NCBI GenBank assembly: GCA_009379955.1
Contig: WHST01000007.1
Span: 6,267-70,266 of the forward strand
Direction: 5' to 3'
From: Streptosporangiales bacterium
Lineage (GTDB): Bacteria > Actinomycetota > Actinomycetes > Streptosporangiales > WHST01
DNA length: 64,000 nucleotides
Shown here: positions 11,989 to 20,817 of the stretch, one piece after another
How positions within the stretch are numbered: the stretch's first letter is position 1
Layout: each line of letters starts with the position of its first letter
The notes under the pieces: generated by a model
Seen by the model: only the letters and a program-made list of their open reading frames with translations
Database searches by the model: none
Told to the model about the DNA's origin: nothing
Program-made: the position numbers and the translations under genes

Positions 11989-12939
11989 TCAGGTCGGGGT
12001 CACGCCCGCGCGTGCGGCGACGTCGGCCTCGACCAGGTCGCCGTAGAGCCGCTGCAGCCGTTCGACGGTCGGTCCGCGATGTCCGTCGCCGATGACACGA
12101 CCGTCGACCTCGCGGACGGGCACGAGGCCGGCGAACGTGCCGGTGACGAACGCCTCCTCGGCGCCGTACACGTCGGTGAGGCTGAACGCCCGCTCGTACG
12201 CGGGGATGCCGGCGTCGCGGCAGACGCGCAGCACGTTGCCGCGGGTGATGCCGCCGAGGCAGTACTGACCAGTCGACGTCCACACCTGCCGCTCCCCGTC
12301 GGGCCCGCGGCGCACGACGAAGAAGTGCGTGGAGTTGCAGGTGGCGACGAAGCCGTGCGGGTCGAGCATCAGCGCCTCGTCGGCGCCCGCGGTGTAGGCC
12401 TGGATGCACGCGGTGATGTCGTTCAGCTTGCTGTGCGCGTTGAGCTTCGGGTCGAGGACGTCGGGGGCGCTGCGCCGCACGTGCACGGTGAACAGCGTGA
12501 TGCCCTCGGACAGCGTGCGCGGCAACGGCTCCTTGTGCTCCGCCACGACCACGATGGTCGCGGGGCCGACCGTCACCCGGGGATCCTGGTACGGCGTGCT
12601 CTTCACGCCCCGGGTGACCATCAGCCGCACGTGGACGCCGTCGGTCATCTCGTTCGCACGCAGCACGGCGTAGACCTCGTCGGTGAGCTCGGCGCGCGTA
12701 CGCCCGACGTCGAGCGCGATCGCCTTCGCGCCCTCGTACAGCCGGTCGAGGTGGCGGTCGAGGAACGCCGGGTGCCCGCGATGCACCCGCAGTCCCTCCC
12801 ACACGCCGTCGCCGAGCACGAAGCCGGAGTCGAACACCGACACGACGGCCTCGCCGCGCGGCTTCAGCTCGCCGTTGACGGAAACGAGGATGTCGGCGTT
12901 GCGCGGATCGTCGGAGTGGTCATGCGTGCCATGGGCCAT
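11989..12939 (-). CDS. aminotransferase class IV (branched-chain or D-amino-acid aminotransferase fold)
   Basis: 316 aa with SVFDSGFVLGDGVWEGLRV, the PLP-lysine context HSKLN, and GGITRG. Confidence 0.88.
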   Translation of the reverse strand: MAHGTHDHSDDPRNADILVSVNGELKPRGEAVVSVFDSGFVLGDGVWEGLRVHRGHPAFLDRHLDRLYEGAKAIALDVGRTRAELTDEVYAVLRANEMTDGVHVRLMVTRGVKSTPYQDPRVTVGPATIVVVAEHKEPLPRTLSEGITLFTVHVRRSAPDVLDPKLNAHSKLNDITACIQAYTAGADEALMLDPHGFVATCNSTHFFVVRRGPDGERQVWTSTGQYCLGGITRGNVLRVCRDAGIPAYERAFSLTDVYGAEEAFVTGTFAGLVPVREVDGRVIGDGHRGPTVERLQRLYGDLVEADVAARAGVTPT

Positions 12940-12948
12940 GCCGGGACA

Positions 12949-14127
12949 CTAGTACTTGGGCATCACCGGGGTCGCCGACATCGCGGCCGGGTCGTGGAAC
13001 GCGTAGCTCTCCCTGTTCTTCTCGTACGCCTCCGCGTACGCCGCTACCTTCTCGTCGTCGAGCTCGACGCCGATGCCCGGCCCGTCTGGCACCTCGAGGC
13101 AGCCGTCGACGTAGGGGAGCGGGCTCGCGCCCGCCACGACGTCGTCGGTGAGCAGCGACGCGTAGCCCTGGTTGGCGTAGACGAAGTTCGGCGTCGACGC
13201 CATCACGTGGACCGCCGCGTACATCGCGACGCCGAGCTCGCCGAGGCTGTGCTTGAGCACCGGCAGCCCGGCCGCCTCGGCCATGCCCGCGGACCGCTTG
13301 AGGTTGAGCAGGCCGCCGTCCATCTGGTTGTCGACACTGAGCACGTCCGCGGCCACGTGCCTGATCACCTCGAGCTGGTCCCAGCGCGTCCACGACGCCT
13401 CGTTGGCCAGCAGCGGCATCGGCAGGCGCTGCCGCAGGTACGCCATCTCCGGCAGGTTGCGGCCGGAGACGGGTTGCTCCGCCAGCTCGATGCGGTGCGC
13501 GTGCATCTCGGTGAGGATGCGGATCGCGGCGGACGACGACCAGGCCTCGTTCGCGTCGACCCGGATCTTGACGTCGGGGCCGCCGCCGTCGCGGATCGCC
13601 GCCACGCGCTCGATGTCGATGCGCGGGTCGTCCGACCCGACCTTGAGGTAGAAGGTGCGGAACCCGGCCACCGCGCCCTTGGCGGTGTCGGCGGCGAGCT
13701 CCGCGGGCGGCTTGCGGCTCAGGTAGTAGAAGTACTCCACCCGGTCGCGTACCCGGCCGCCGAAGAGGTTGACGAGCGGCTGCCCGCAGACCTTGCCGAC
13801 GATGTCCCAGCACGCCATCTCGACGGCGCCGATCGCCGGGCTCGTCGCCTTCACGTGGTGCCAGGTGCCGACGACATTGACCCGCTTCATGATCCGCTCG
13901 ACCGCGAACGGGTCCTCGCCGACCACGAGCGGCTCGATCGACGTCAGGACGGCGTTCACGATGTCGGCGGACGGGTACGCCGCCGCCTCGCCGAGTCCGG
14001 TCACGCCCTCGTCGGTCGTGACGCGGACGAGGAGGCTGATCATTCCCTTGCGGGCGCCGAACGCCCAGCGTTCGTCCTCGTGGAACGGCACCGCCACCGG
14101 CGTCGCCTCGATGCCTGTGATCCGCAA
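12949..14127 (-). CDS. enolase-superfamily enzyme, mandelate racemase/muconate lactonizing family
   Basis: 392 aa. Metal ligand contexts RVDANEAW, LAEQP and LLANE. A His on the strand-7-like segment (LKHSLGE) together with an Asp (SVDNQ) suggests the mandelate racemase subgroup. Confidence 0.88.
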   Translation of the reverse strand: MRITGIEATPVAVPFHEDERWAFGARKGMISLLVRVTTDEGVTGLGEAAAYPSADIVNAVLTSIEPLVVGEDPFAVERIMKRVNVVGTWHHVKATSPAIGAVEMACWDIVGKVCGQPLVNLFGGRVRDRVEYFYYLSRKPPAELAADTAKGAVAGFRTFYLKVGSDDPRIDIERVAAIRDGGGPDVKIRVDANEAWSSSAAIRILTEMHAHRIELAEQPVSGRNLPEMAYLRQRLPMPLLANEASWTRWDQLEVIRHVAADVLSVDNQMDGGLLNLKRSAGMAEAAGLPVLKHSLGELGVAMYAAVHVMASTPNFVYANQGYASLLTDDVVAGASPLPYVDGCLEVPDGPGIGVELDDEKVAAYAEAYEKNRESYAFHDPAAMSATPVMPKY

Positions 14128-14139
14128 CGGATCCTCCTT

Positions 14140-15291
14140 CTACGTAGCGATGAGCGGTTCCCGGGAGGCCGAGGTGAGGATCTCGCCTCCCGACGGCGTG
14201 ACGAGCACGGTGTCGGACACGACGAAGTCGGCGGGGTCCTGGCCGAGCAGCCACGACAGCACGTGGAACGCCATGCCCTCCCGCAGCACCAGGTCGCTGC
14301 CCGGGCGGAGCCCGACGACCCGGCTGCCGCCGACCCAGCTCGGCGGGAAGCCGATGCCGACGAGGTAGCCGCAGTGGTGCCTGCGGTACCTGTCGTGGCC
14401 GAGCCCTTCGTCGACGACCCGTTGCCAGGCCTCGTACACCTTCTCGGCCCGCACGCCGGGCAGCAGCGCGTCGCGCACCGCGTGGAGGCCGGCGACGGCG
14501 ATCTCGCCGGCCCGTTCGGTGCCGCGCGGCGGGTCGCCGAGGTAGACCATCCTGGTCATCGGCGCGTGGTACCTTGCCACGCAGCCGGACAGTTCGAGGA
14601 ACAGCGCGTCGCCGGAGTCGAGCACCCGGTCGCCCCAGGTCACGTGCTCCTGAAGCAGCCGGTCACGCGACCTGATGAGTGGGACGAAGCCCGGGTACTC
14701 ACTGCCGGCGAGGATCATCGCCTCGTACACGGCCGCGGCCACCCGCCGCTCGGTCGTGCCGGGCGTCACCGCCTCGATCCCCGCCCGCATCGCCGCCGAC
14801 GTCGTCGCCGCGGCCCGCCTGACGTACGCGACCTCCTCAGGCGACGGCACGAGCCGCGCCTGCTCCACCACGCCGGAGCCGTCGACGAGGTCGCGGTCGA
14901 CGAACCTCGTGCGGAGCACGTCCCACGCCGCGGGCGGCAGCGCCATCAGGTCCCGCTCCACGCCGATGTGCCCGCCCGCACCCGTCGCCTCGTGGATCGC
15001 GCGGGCGACGCCGTCGACCGGCTCCTCGACGTCGGTGTACGGCATGTGCGCGCAGCCGACCGCCTGCGCCGCGACCGTCGGGTGCTCCATCGCCCTGGTG
15101 ACGAGCAGCGGTGTCGCCGACTCCGGCACGACGAGGGCGTTGAGGGCGAAGAAGCCCTGGCAGTCGAGGCCCGTCAGGTAGTGGATGTTCTCCGCCCCGA
15201 CGACCACGAGGGCCGACAGCCCGCGATCGGCCATGGTCTGCCTGACCATGCCGAGCCGACGCCCGTACTCTTCGACGGAGAAGCGGGACAC
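14140..15291 (-). CDS. M24-fold (creatinase/prolidase family) protein, probably without the dinuclear metal site
   Basis: 383 aa with a creatinase-type N-domain (LSALVVVGAENIHYLTG) and a pita-bread C-domain. Eye alignment shows the canonical Asp/Asp/His/Glu/Glu ligands mostly substituted. Confidence 0.8.
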   Translation of the reverse strand: MSRFSVEEYGRRLGMVRQTMADRGLSALVVVGAENIHYLTGLDCQGFFALNALVVPESATPLLVTRAMEHPTVAAQAVGCAHMPYTDVEEPVDGVARAIHEATGAGGHIGVERDLMALPPAAWDVLRTRFVDRDLVDGSGVVEQARLVPSPEEVAYVRRAAATTSAAMRAGIEAVTPGTTERRVAAAVYEAMILAGSEYPGFVPLIRSRDRLLQEHVTWGDRVLDSGDALFLELSGCVARYHAPMTRMVYLGDPPRGTERAGEIAVAGLHAVRDALLPGVRAEKVYEAWQRVVDEGLGHDRYRRHHCGYLVGIGFPPSWVGGSRVVGLRPGSDLVLREGMAFHVLSWLLGQDPADFVVSDTVLVTPSGGEILTSASREPLIAT

Positions 15292-15430
15292 TGGGCACTC
15301 CTGGGGAACGGTGTTTCCTCGGATGATCAGCGACCCGACCGGGGACCGTCAAGCCCAATTGCGGAGGGAGCACCATGGAGAGCCCGCACCCGATCTGCCG
15401 CACGCTCGTCAACACCGGCGTGCACCTCGC

Positions 15431-15459
15431 TTGACCCGGTTATGTATTGCTCTCATACT
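15431..15459 (+). promoter_or_regulatory. Putative promoter of the ABC operon (TTGACC, 17-nt spacer, CATACT) in a local AT-rich patch
   Basis: TTGACC at 15431-15436 and CATACT at 15454-15459. The imperfect dyad ATGTAT-N7-ATACTT overlaps the spacer and the -10 element, and could be an operator for a ROK regulator or another repressor. Confidence 0.4.
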
Positions 15460-15487
15460 TATTCTCTGCCGAGGAGTGGAGAGTGTC

Positions 15488-16759
15488 ATGGGCGGAGCAC
15501 GGCGTGCAGTGGTGGCGGCGGTCCTGGTCACCGGTCTCGCTGCCGGCTGCGGTGGCGGTGGGGGCGCAGGCGGCGAGAAGGCCGACGCGATCACCGTCGC
15601 GGTGTCGTCGAGCCCGAGTGCCACGGCGCTGAAGGCGATCGCGAAGGAGTACACGAAGGAGAGCGGCGTCGCCGTGAAGTTCGTCGACCTCCCGTACAAC
15701 GAGCTCGCCACCAAGACGCTGCTCGCCGCGCGCAAGCCGAAGCAGGGCTACGACGTGGTCCAGTTCGACAGTCCCATGCTCGCGCCGCTGGTCTCCGGTG
15801 GCGCGCTCGCCGACATCGGCGAGCAGGCCGGGTCATCGAAGGCGTACGCACTCGACGACTTCCCCGAGCAGGTGCAGGAGTACGCGAAGTACCGCGGCAA
15901 GACGTACGGTCTGCCGCTGTCGACCGAGCCGTACGTGCTCTGGTACAACACCAAGCTGTTCGAGAAGCACGACCTGAAGCCACCGAAGACCTGGGCACAG
16001 TACGTCGCCAACGCACGGAAGCTAAAGGCGGCCGGCGCGTACGGGAGCGACTCCGGGTTCGGCAGCCAGATCGGCGGGTACTACTGGCTCGAGTCCCTCT
16101 ACCTCTCGGGCGGTCAGCTGCTGAAGCCCGGCACGTGCACGCCCGACCTCGACAGCGACGTCGCGCGCAAGGCGACAGAGACGTACCTGTCGTTGAAGCC
16201 GCACACGCCGGCGACCGCGGTGAACGGCGGCGGCAACGAGATGACGACCGCGTTCGTGCAGGGCGACGTCGGGCAGATGGTCAACGCGACCGGCTACTAC
16301 TCGATCATGGCCGACCCGAAGCAGTCGAAGATTCCGGGTGACTTCGACGCGGCCCTGCCGCCCGGTGTCGACGACGGGGGCCGCACGCTGCTGTTCGGCT
16401 GGCTGATCGGCGTCGGGAAGAACGCGAAGGCGCCCGACGAGGCCTGGGACTTCCTCGAGTTCGCGCTCGGCAAGGAGTCGGCGTCCAGGCTGATCGACGA
16501 GGGTGCCCCGCCGCCGGCTCGGCAGTCGCTGCTCGACGACCCGGCCGCGACGAAGGAGCTGCCCTACTTGCCGACGCTCGTCGAGGCGTCGAAGAAGGGT
16601 GAGCACCTGCCGTACCTGAAGCAGATGCCCGAGATCATCACCGCGCTGTCGGCCGAGCTCAGCAAGGCGGCGACGGGTGACTGGACCGCCGAACGCCTGA
16701 CCGCGTCGGCGAACGGCAAGGTGAAGGACGTCCTCGCCGGGGTGGACAGCTGCGCGTGA
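15488..16759 (+). CDS. ABC transporter substrate-binding lipoprotein (carbohydrate/CUT1 type)
   Basis: Inner ATG of ORF 15185..16759. Signal peptide with lipobox LAAGC, then ITVAVSSSP...KFVDLPYNEL, typical of family 1 extracellular solute-binding proteins. Confidence 0.88.
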   Translation: MGGARRAVVAAVLVTGLAAGCGGGGGAGGEKADAITVAVSSSPSATALKAIAKEYTKESGVAVKFVDLPYNELATKTLLAARKPKQGYDVVQFDSPMLAPLVSGGALADIGEQAGSSKAYALDDFPEQVQEYAKYRGKTYGLPLSTEPYVLWYNTKLFEKHDLKPPKTWAQYVANARKLKAAGAYGSDSGFGSQIGGYYWLESLYLSGGQLLKPGTCTPDLDSDVARKATETYLSLKPHTPATAVNGGGNEMTTAFVQGDVGQMVNATGYYSIMADPKQSKIPGDFDAALPPGVDDGGRTLLFGWLIGVGKNAKAPDEAWDFLEFALGKESASRLIDEGAPPPARQSLLDDPAATKELPYLPTLVEASKKGEHLPYLKQMPEIITALSAELSKAATGDWTAERLTASANGKVKDVLAGVDSCA

Positions 16760-17661
16760 CGGCACTCGCGCCGACCTCGCCGGGCCGGAACGCCTCGCGC
16801 CGCCGTAACCTCACCCGGTGGGCGGGCACGCTGTTCACCGGACCGGCGTGGGTACTGCTCCTGGCGGTGGTCCTCGCGCCGCTGGTGACGGCGGTGTACG
16901 CGTCGACGACCGACGAGAGCCTCACGTCGATCGAACGGACCGGTGTCGGCGGGCAGAACTACGCGACCCAGGTGTTCGACGGCGCGTTCGCAAGTAGCCT
17001 GTTCGTGACCGTCGCGATCATCGTGCTGAGCCTCGCCGTGCAGGTGCCGGTGGGCTACGCGCTCGCCCTCGCGCTCGCGCGGCCGTTCCGCGGGCGCGTG
17101 GTGTTCCGCGCCGCCGTGACGATGCCGATGATGCTGACGCCCGTGGCCGTCGGGCTGATGTGGCGCTTCCTCGCCGACCCCGACCTCGGCGTCGTGCGCT
17201 GGATCGCGTCGACCGTGCACGAGTCGGCGCATCCCAACCTGCTCGGCCACCCGGTCTCTGCACTGCTGCTCGTCGTCGTGGTGAACTCCTGGATCAACGT
17301 CCCGTTCGTCACCCTGCTGCTGCTCGCGGGGCTGATCGGCATCCCCGACGAGCTGTACGAGGCCGCGGCACTCGACGGCGCCAACCGGTTCCAGGTCGGG
17401 CGCTACGTCACGTTGCCGATGCTGGCCCCGGTCCTCGGCGTCGCGTGCCTGCTCAGGGTCGCGGCCGACTACCGGATGTTCGACCTCGTCTACACCGTGA
17501 CGAGAGGCGGGCCGGGAGACGCGACGCGCAACCTGTCGATGCTCGCGTACCAGCAGGGCCTGGTGAACTTCCAGATCGGTCGCGCCTGTGCGATCGCCGT
17601 GGCGATGGCGGTCATCGCGCTGCCGGCGTATCTCCTGTTCTCCCGGGTGACCCGATCGTGA
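16756..17661 (+). CDS. carbohydrate ABC transporter permease (MalF-like)
   Basis: 301 aa, six transmembrane segments, EAA-type loop ELYEAAALDGANRFQVGRYVTLPML. Its start overlaps the stop of the binding-protein gene. Confidence 0.9.
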   Translation: MTALAPTSPGRNASRRRNLTRWAGTLFTGPAWVLLLAVVLAPLVTAVYASTTDESLTSIERTGVGGQNYATQVFDGAFASSLFVTVAIIVLSLAVQVPVGYALALALARPFRGRVVFRAAVTMPMMLTPVAVGLMWRFLADPDLGVVRWIASTVHESAHPNLLGHPVSALLLVVVVNSWINVPFVTLLLLAGLIGIPDELYEAAALDGANRFQVGRYVTLPMLAPVLGVACLLRVAADYRMFDLVYTVTRGGPGDATRNLSMLAYQQGLVNFQIGRACAIAVAMAVIALPAYLLFSRVTRS

Positions 17662-18479
17662 GGCGCCCGCGGCCGATCGGCGCGTACGTCGTCCTCACCG
17701 TGGCGGGACTCGTCGCGCTGCTGCCCGTGCTCTGGACGCTATCGACGTCGTTCAAGACGCAGGTCGAGGCGCAGGGCTACCCGCCGTCGCTGGTGCCGCG
17801 CGACGCCACGTTCGACAACTACGCCGGGCTCTTCGCCTCGAGCGACTTCGTCAACGCCCTCGTGACGACGGGGGTCGTAGCGGTCTTCGCGACGGTGCTC
17901 GTGCTCTGTGTCTCGTACCCGTGTGCGTACGCGCTCGTCCGGATGCGCCCGCACGGCCGAGGTCTGCTGATCCTGCTCGTCACGTTCGCGCAGACGGTGC
18001 CCGGCATCGTGTTCGTCATCCCGCTGTACTCGCTGTCGCTGCGGGTCGGGCTGTACGACACGCGCCTGCTGCTCGTGCTGGTGTACGCGGGGTTCCTCAC
18101 GCCGTTCGCGACGCTGATCCTCTCGTCGTTCATCCGCGGCCTGCCCGTCGAGATCGAGGAGGCCGCGCTCGTCGATGGGGCCGGGCGCCTCGGCGTCGTC
18201 CTGCGCATCGTGCTGCCGATGACGCGCCCGGGCCTCGCGTCCGCGGCGGTGTTCACCGGGTTGTACGCGTGGAACGAGTTCCTCATCCCGGTCATCCTCG
18301 GCGGCGAGCTCGCGCGGCCGCTGACCGTGTACGTCGCGTCGTTCGTGACGCAGAAGACGATCGAGTGGGGTCCGCTGACGGCCGCCGTGACCGTCGTCCT
18401 GCTCCCCGTCGTCATCGTCGTCGTGGCGTTGCAACGCCATCTCGTCGCCGGGCTGACGACCGGCTCGATGAAGGGGTGA
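17658..18479 (+). CDS. carbohydrate ABC transporter permease (MalG-like)
   Basis: GTG at 17658 overlaps the upstream stop. Reads VRRPRPIGAYVVLTVAGLVALLPVLWTLSTSFK, with EAA loop EIEEAALVDGAGRLGVVLRIVLPM. Confidence 0.9.
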   Translation: MRRPRPIGAYVVLTVAGLVALLPVLWTLSTSFKTQVEAQGYPPSLVPRDATFDNYAGLFASSDFVNALVTTGVVAVFATVLVLCVSYPCAYALVRMRPHGRGLLILLVTFAQTVPGIVFVIPLYSLSLRVGLYDTRLLLVLVYAGFLTPFATLILSSFIRGLPVEIEEAALVDGAGRLGVVLRIVLPMTRPGLASAAVFTGLYAWNEFLIPVILGGELARPLTVYVASFVTQKTIEWGPLTAAVTVVLLPVVIVVVALQRHLVAGLTTGSMKG

Positions 18480-18485
18480 GAGCGG

Positions 18486-19508
18486 GTGACTGAAGAGACG
18501 TTGCGACGGCTGCGGGTCGGGATCGTCGGGGCCGGTGTCATGGGCACGGTCTACGCCGGCGCGATCGCGCGCGGCGACACGCGGTGGCGCGCGAGCGTCG
18601 CGGGGATCTGCGACCGCGACGTCCTGGCCGCGAACCGGCTGGCGGCCGACTGCGGCGCACCGGCGTACACGGACCTCGCCGAGATGCTGGAACGGGAACG
18701 GCCCGACCTCGTCTATGTCGCCGTGCCCGACCACCTGCACAAGGAGCCGTTCCTCACCTGCATGGAGCACCGCGTCCCGTGCCTCGTCGAGAAGCCGCTG
18801 GCGACGACGCTGCCCGACGCGGTCGAGATGCGCGACGCCGCGCGTGCGGCCGGGGTCGTCACCGAGGTCAACTTCGCCAACCGCTTCAACCCCGCGTTCG
18901 TCCGGATGCGCGAGGCGATCGTCGCCGGTGACGTCGGCGAGGTGGTCGGGGTCAACGCGCGGTTGAGCAACGTGCTCGACTACCCGCTGCGCGCGCTGTC
19001 GTGGGCGGGACGGACGACGTGCGGCTGGTTCCTGCTGAGCCACGTCTTCGACCTGGCGCACTGGCTGACCGGCGCGTCCGCCGTCGACGTCACCGCGCAC
19101 GGAGTCAAGGGCCGCCTGGTGGCCGACGGCGTCGACACGTACGACGTCATCCAGTCGCTGGTGCGCTACGACGCGGGGTTCGGCGGGATCTATGAGTCGG
19201 CGTGGGTGCTGCCGGACTCGCTGCCTGCGGGCGTCGACTTCAAGGTCGAGCTGCTCGGCACCGAGGGAGCGCTCTATGTCGACACCCAGGACCAGATGGT
19301 CCACCTCGCGACGTCCCGCCGCTTCACCTATCCGGGCACGCTCGACTGGACCCAGACCCGGCTTTCGGCGTTCCTCGACCGCGTCGCCGAGAACGACGTC
19401 CCGGCCGGGGTGCTCGACGACGGGGTGGAGAACACGGCACTCCTCGTTGCCCTGCACGACGCGATCACGGCGGGGGCGACCGTGCGGCTCGCGGAGCAGG
19501 TGCGATGA
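18486..19508 (+). CDS. Gfo/Idh/MocA family oxidoreductase
   Basis: Rossmann motif VGIVGAGVMG and the EKP motif CLVEKPLA. 340 aa. Confidence 0.9.
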   Translation: MTEETLRRLRVGIVGAGVMGTVYAGAIARGDTRWRASVAGICDRDVLAANRLAADCGAPAYTDLAEMLERERPDLVYVAVPDHLHKEPFLTCMEHRVPCLVEKPLATTLPDAVEMRDAARAAGVVTEVNFANRFNPAFVRMREAIVAGDVGEVVGVNARLSNVLDYPLRALSWAGRTTCGWFLLSHVFDLAHWLTGASAVDVTAHGVKGRLVADGVDTYDVIQSLVRYDAGFGGIYESAWVLPDSLPAGVDFKVELLGTEGALYVDTQDQMVHLATSRRFTYPGTLDWTQTRLSAFLDRVAENDVPAGVLDDGVENTALLVALHDAITAGATVRLAEQVR

Positions 19509-20815
19509 CCGCGCTGCGGGTCGGCGCGGCGAGCCGCGTGCTCACGCCGGAGGTCGGCCGCGCGATGGCCGGGTACGCGGCACGTCGCGGACCCGCCACG
19601 GCCGTGGTCGACGACCTCTACTGCCAGGCGGTCGTCCTGCGTGACGGCGACACGACGGTGGCGCTCGCCGTCTGCGACCTCCTGTACGTGACAGGCCCGC
19701 TGACCGCGGCGGTGCGCGCCGAGCTGTCGAGCCGGCTGGGTGTGCCGGGGCAGCACGTCATGCTCGCGGCGACGCACACCCACTGCGGTCCCGCCGGCCT
19801 CGGCTCGACGCCGGACGACGAGTCGCTGCGTGAACGGCTGGTGGCCGGCATCGTCGACGCGGTCGCCGATGCCGCGGACGCCGCGGTGCCCGCCCGCCTG
19901 GTCGCCGGGCGCACGCACGTGCCGGGAGTCGCGTGCAACCGGCGCGATCCCGACGGTCCCGTCGACGACGTCGTGCGGGTCGTGACGGCACTGCCGGTCG
20001 ACGGTGACGATGCCATCGCGGTGCTCGTGAACTTCGCCTGCCACGCGACGGTGCTCGACCACGAGACGTGCGCGTACTCCGCCGACTACCCGGGTGCTGT
20101 CCGGCGCGCGGTCGAGAGCCTCTGCGGCGGTCATGCGATCTTCCTGCAGGGCTGCGCGGGCGACGTCAACCCGGCGTTCGCCGCCCAGACGCCCGCCGAG
20201 GCACGGCGCGTCGGCCACGTCGTCGGTGCCGCCGCCGCCGAGTGCGCGCTGCGGCTGTCCTGGCTCGGCCGGGACAGGCGGACCATCAACCTGAGCCGGC
20301 GCGAGCAGCTCGCCGTACCGGGGTCCGTGGACGGCGACGTCGTCCACCCGGCGCCGCTGTCCGCGGCGGAGGAGGAGATTGTCGCCACCGTCCGCGTGCG
20401 TCCCGACCTCGAACAGGTTCGTCGCGAGCAGGCGGACGTCACGACCGGGCCCCGCGCGGTGGAGCTGTGGATCGAGGAGCTGTTCGCCGCCGAGCCGTGG
20501 CACTTCGCGAGCATGGACCGTCCGCCGGGTGACACGGCGGCGCTGCCGGTCCAGATGCTGCGGCTCGGCGCCGACCTCGCCGTCGTCGGCCTGCCCGGCG
20601 AGCCGTTCACGGCGACCGCGGCGGCGATCAGGGACGCCACGTCGAGCACGGTGCTCGTCGCCGGGTACGCGAACCTCGCCGCCGGGTACCTGCCGACGCG
20701 CGAGGAGTTCGAGCGCAGCGGCTACGAGGTCGGCAGCACGCAGTACGTCCCCGGCACCGCCGAGGAGCTGGCGGAGGCGGCCGTACGCCTGCTGGCCGGC
20801 GCGAGGGAGACCTGA
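19505..20815 (+). CDS. neutral/alkaline ceramidase-like N-terminal domain protein
   Basis: The ATG at 19505 overlaps the upstream stop (ATGA). Reads MTALRVGAASRVLTPEVGRAMAGYAARRG, then AVVL.DG....ALAVCDL and HTHCGP, typical of bacterial ceramidase-like proteins. Confidence 0.7.
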   Translation: MTALRVGAASRVLTPEVGRAMAGYAARRGPATAVVDDLYCQAVVLRDGDTTVALAVCDLLYVTGPLTAAVRAELSSRLGVPGQHVMLAATHTHCGPAGLGSTPDDESLRERLVAGIVDAVADAADAAVPARLVAGRTHVPGVACNRRDPDGPVDDVVRVVTALPVDGDDAIAVLVNFACHATVLDHETCAYSADYPGAVRRAVESLCGGHAIFLQGCAGDVNPAFAAQTPAEARRVGHVVGAAAAECALRLSWLGRDRRTINLSRREQLAVPGSVDGDVVHPAPLSAAEEEIVATVRVRPDLEQVRREQADVTTGPRAVELWIEELFAAEPWHFASMDRPPGDTAALPVQMLRLGADLAVVGLPGEPFTATAAAIRDATSSTVLVAGYANLAAGYLPTREEFERSGYEVGSTQYVPGTAEELAEAAVRLLAGARET

Positions 20816-20817
20816 TC

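Noticed and set aside
11977-16341. 1454-aa open reading frame on the plus strand.
   Set aside because: It runs antisense to three well-supported minus-strand genes (aminotransferase, enolase-family, M24) and out of frame through the binding-protein gene. Its composition is dominated by Arg, Ala, Gly, Asp and His, with no recognisable domain. Long stop-free antisense frames are expected at this GC content.
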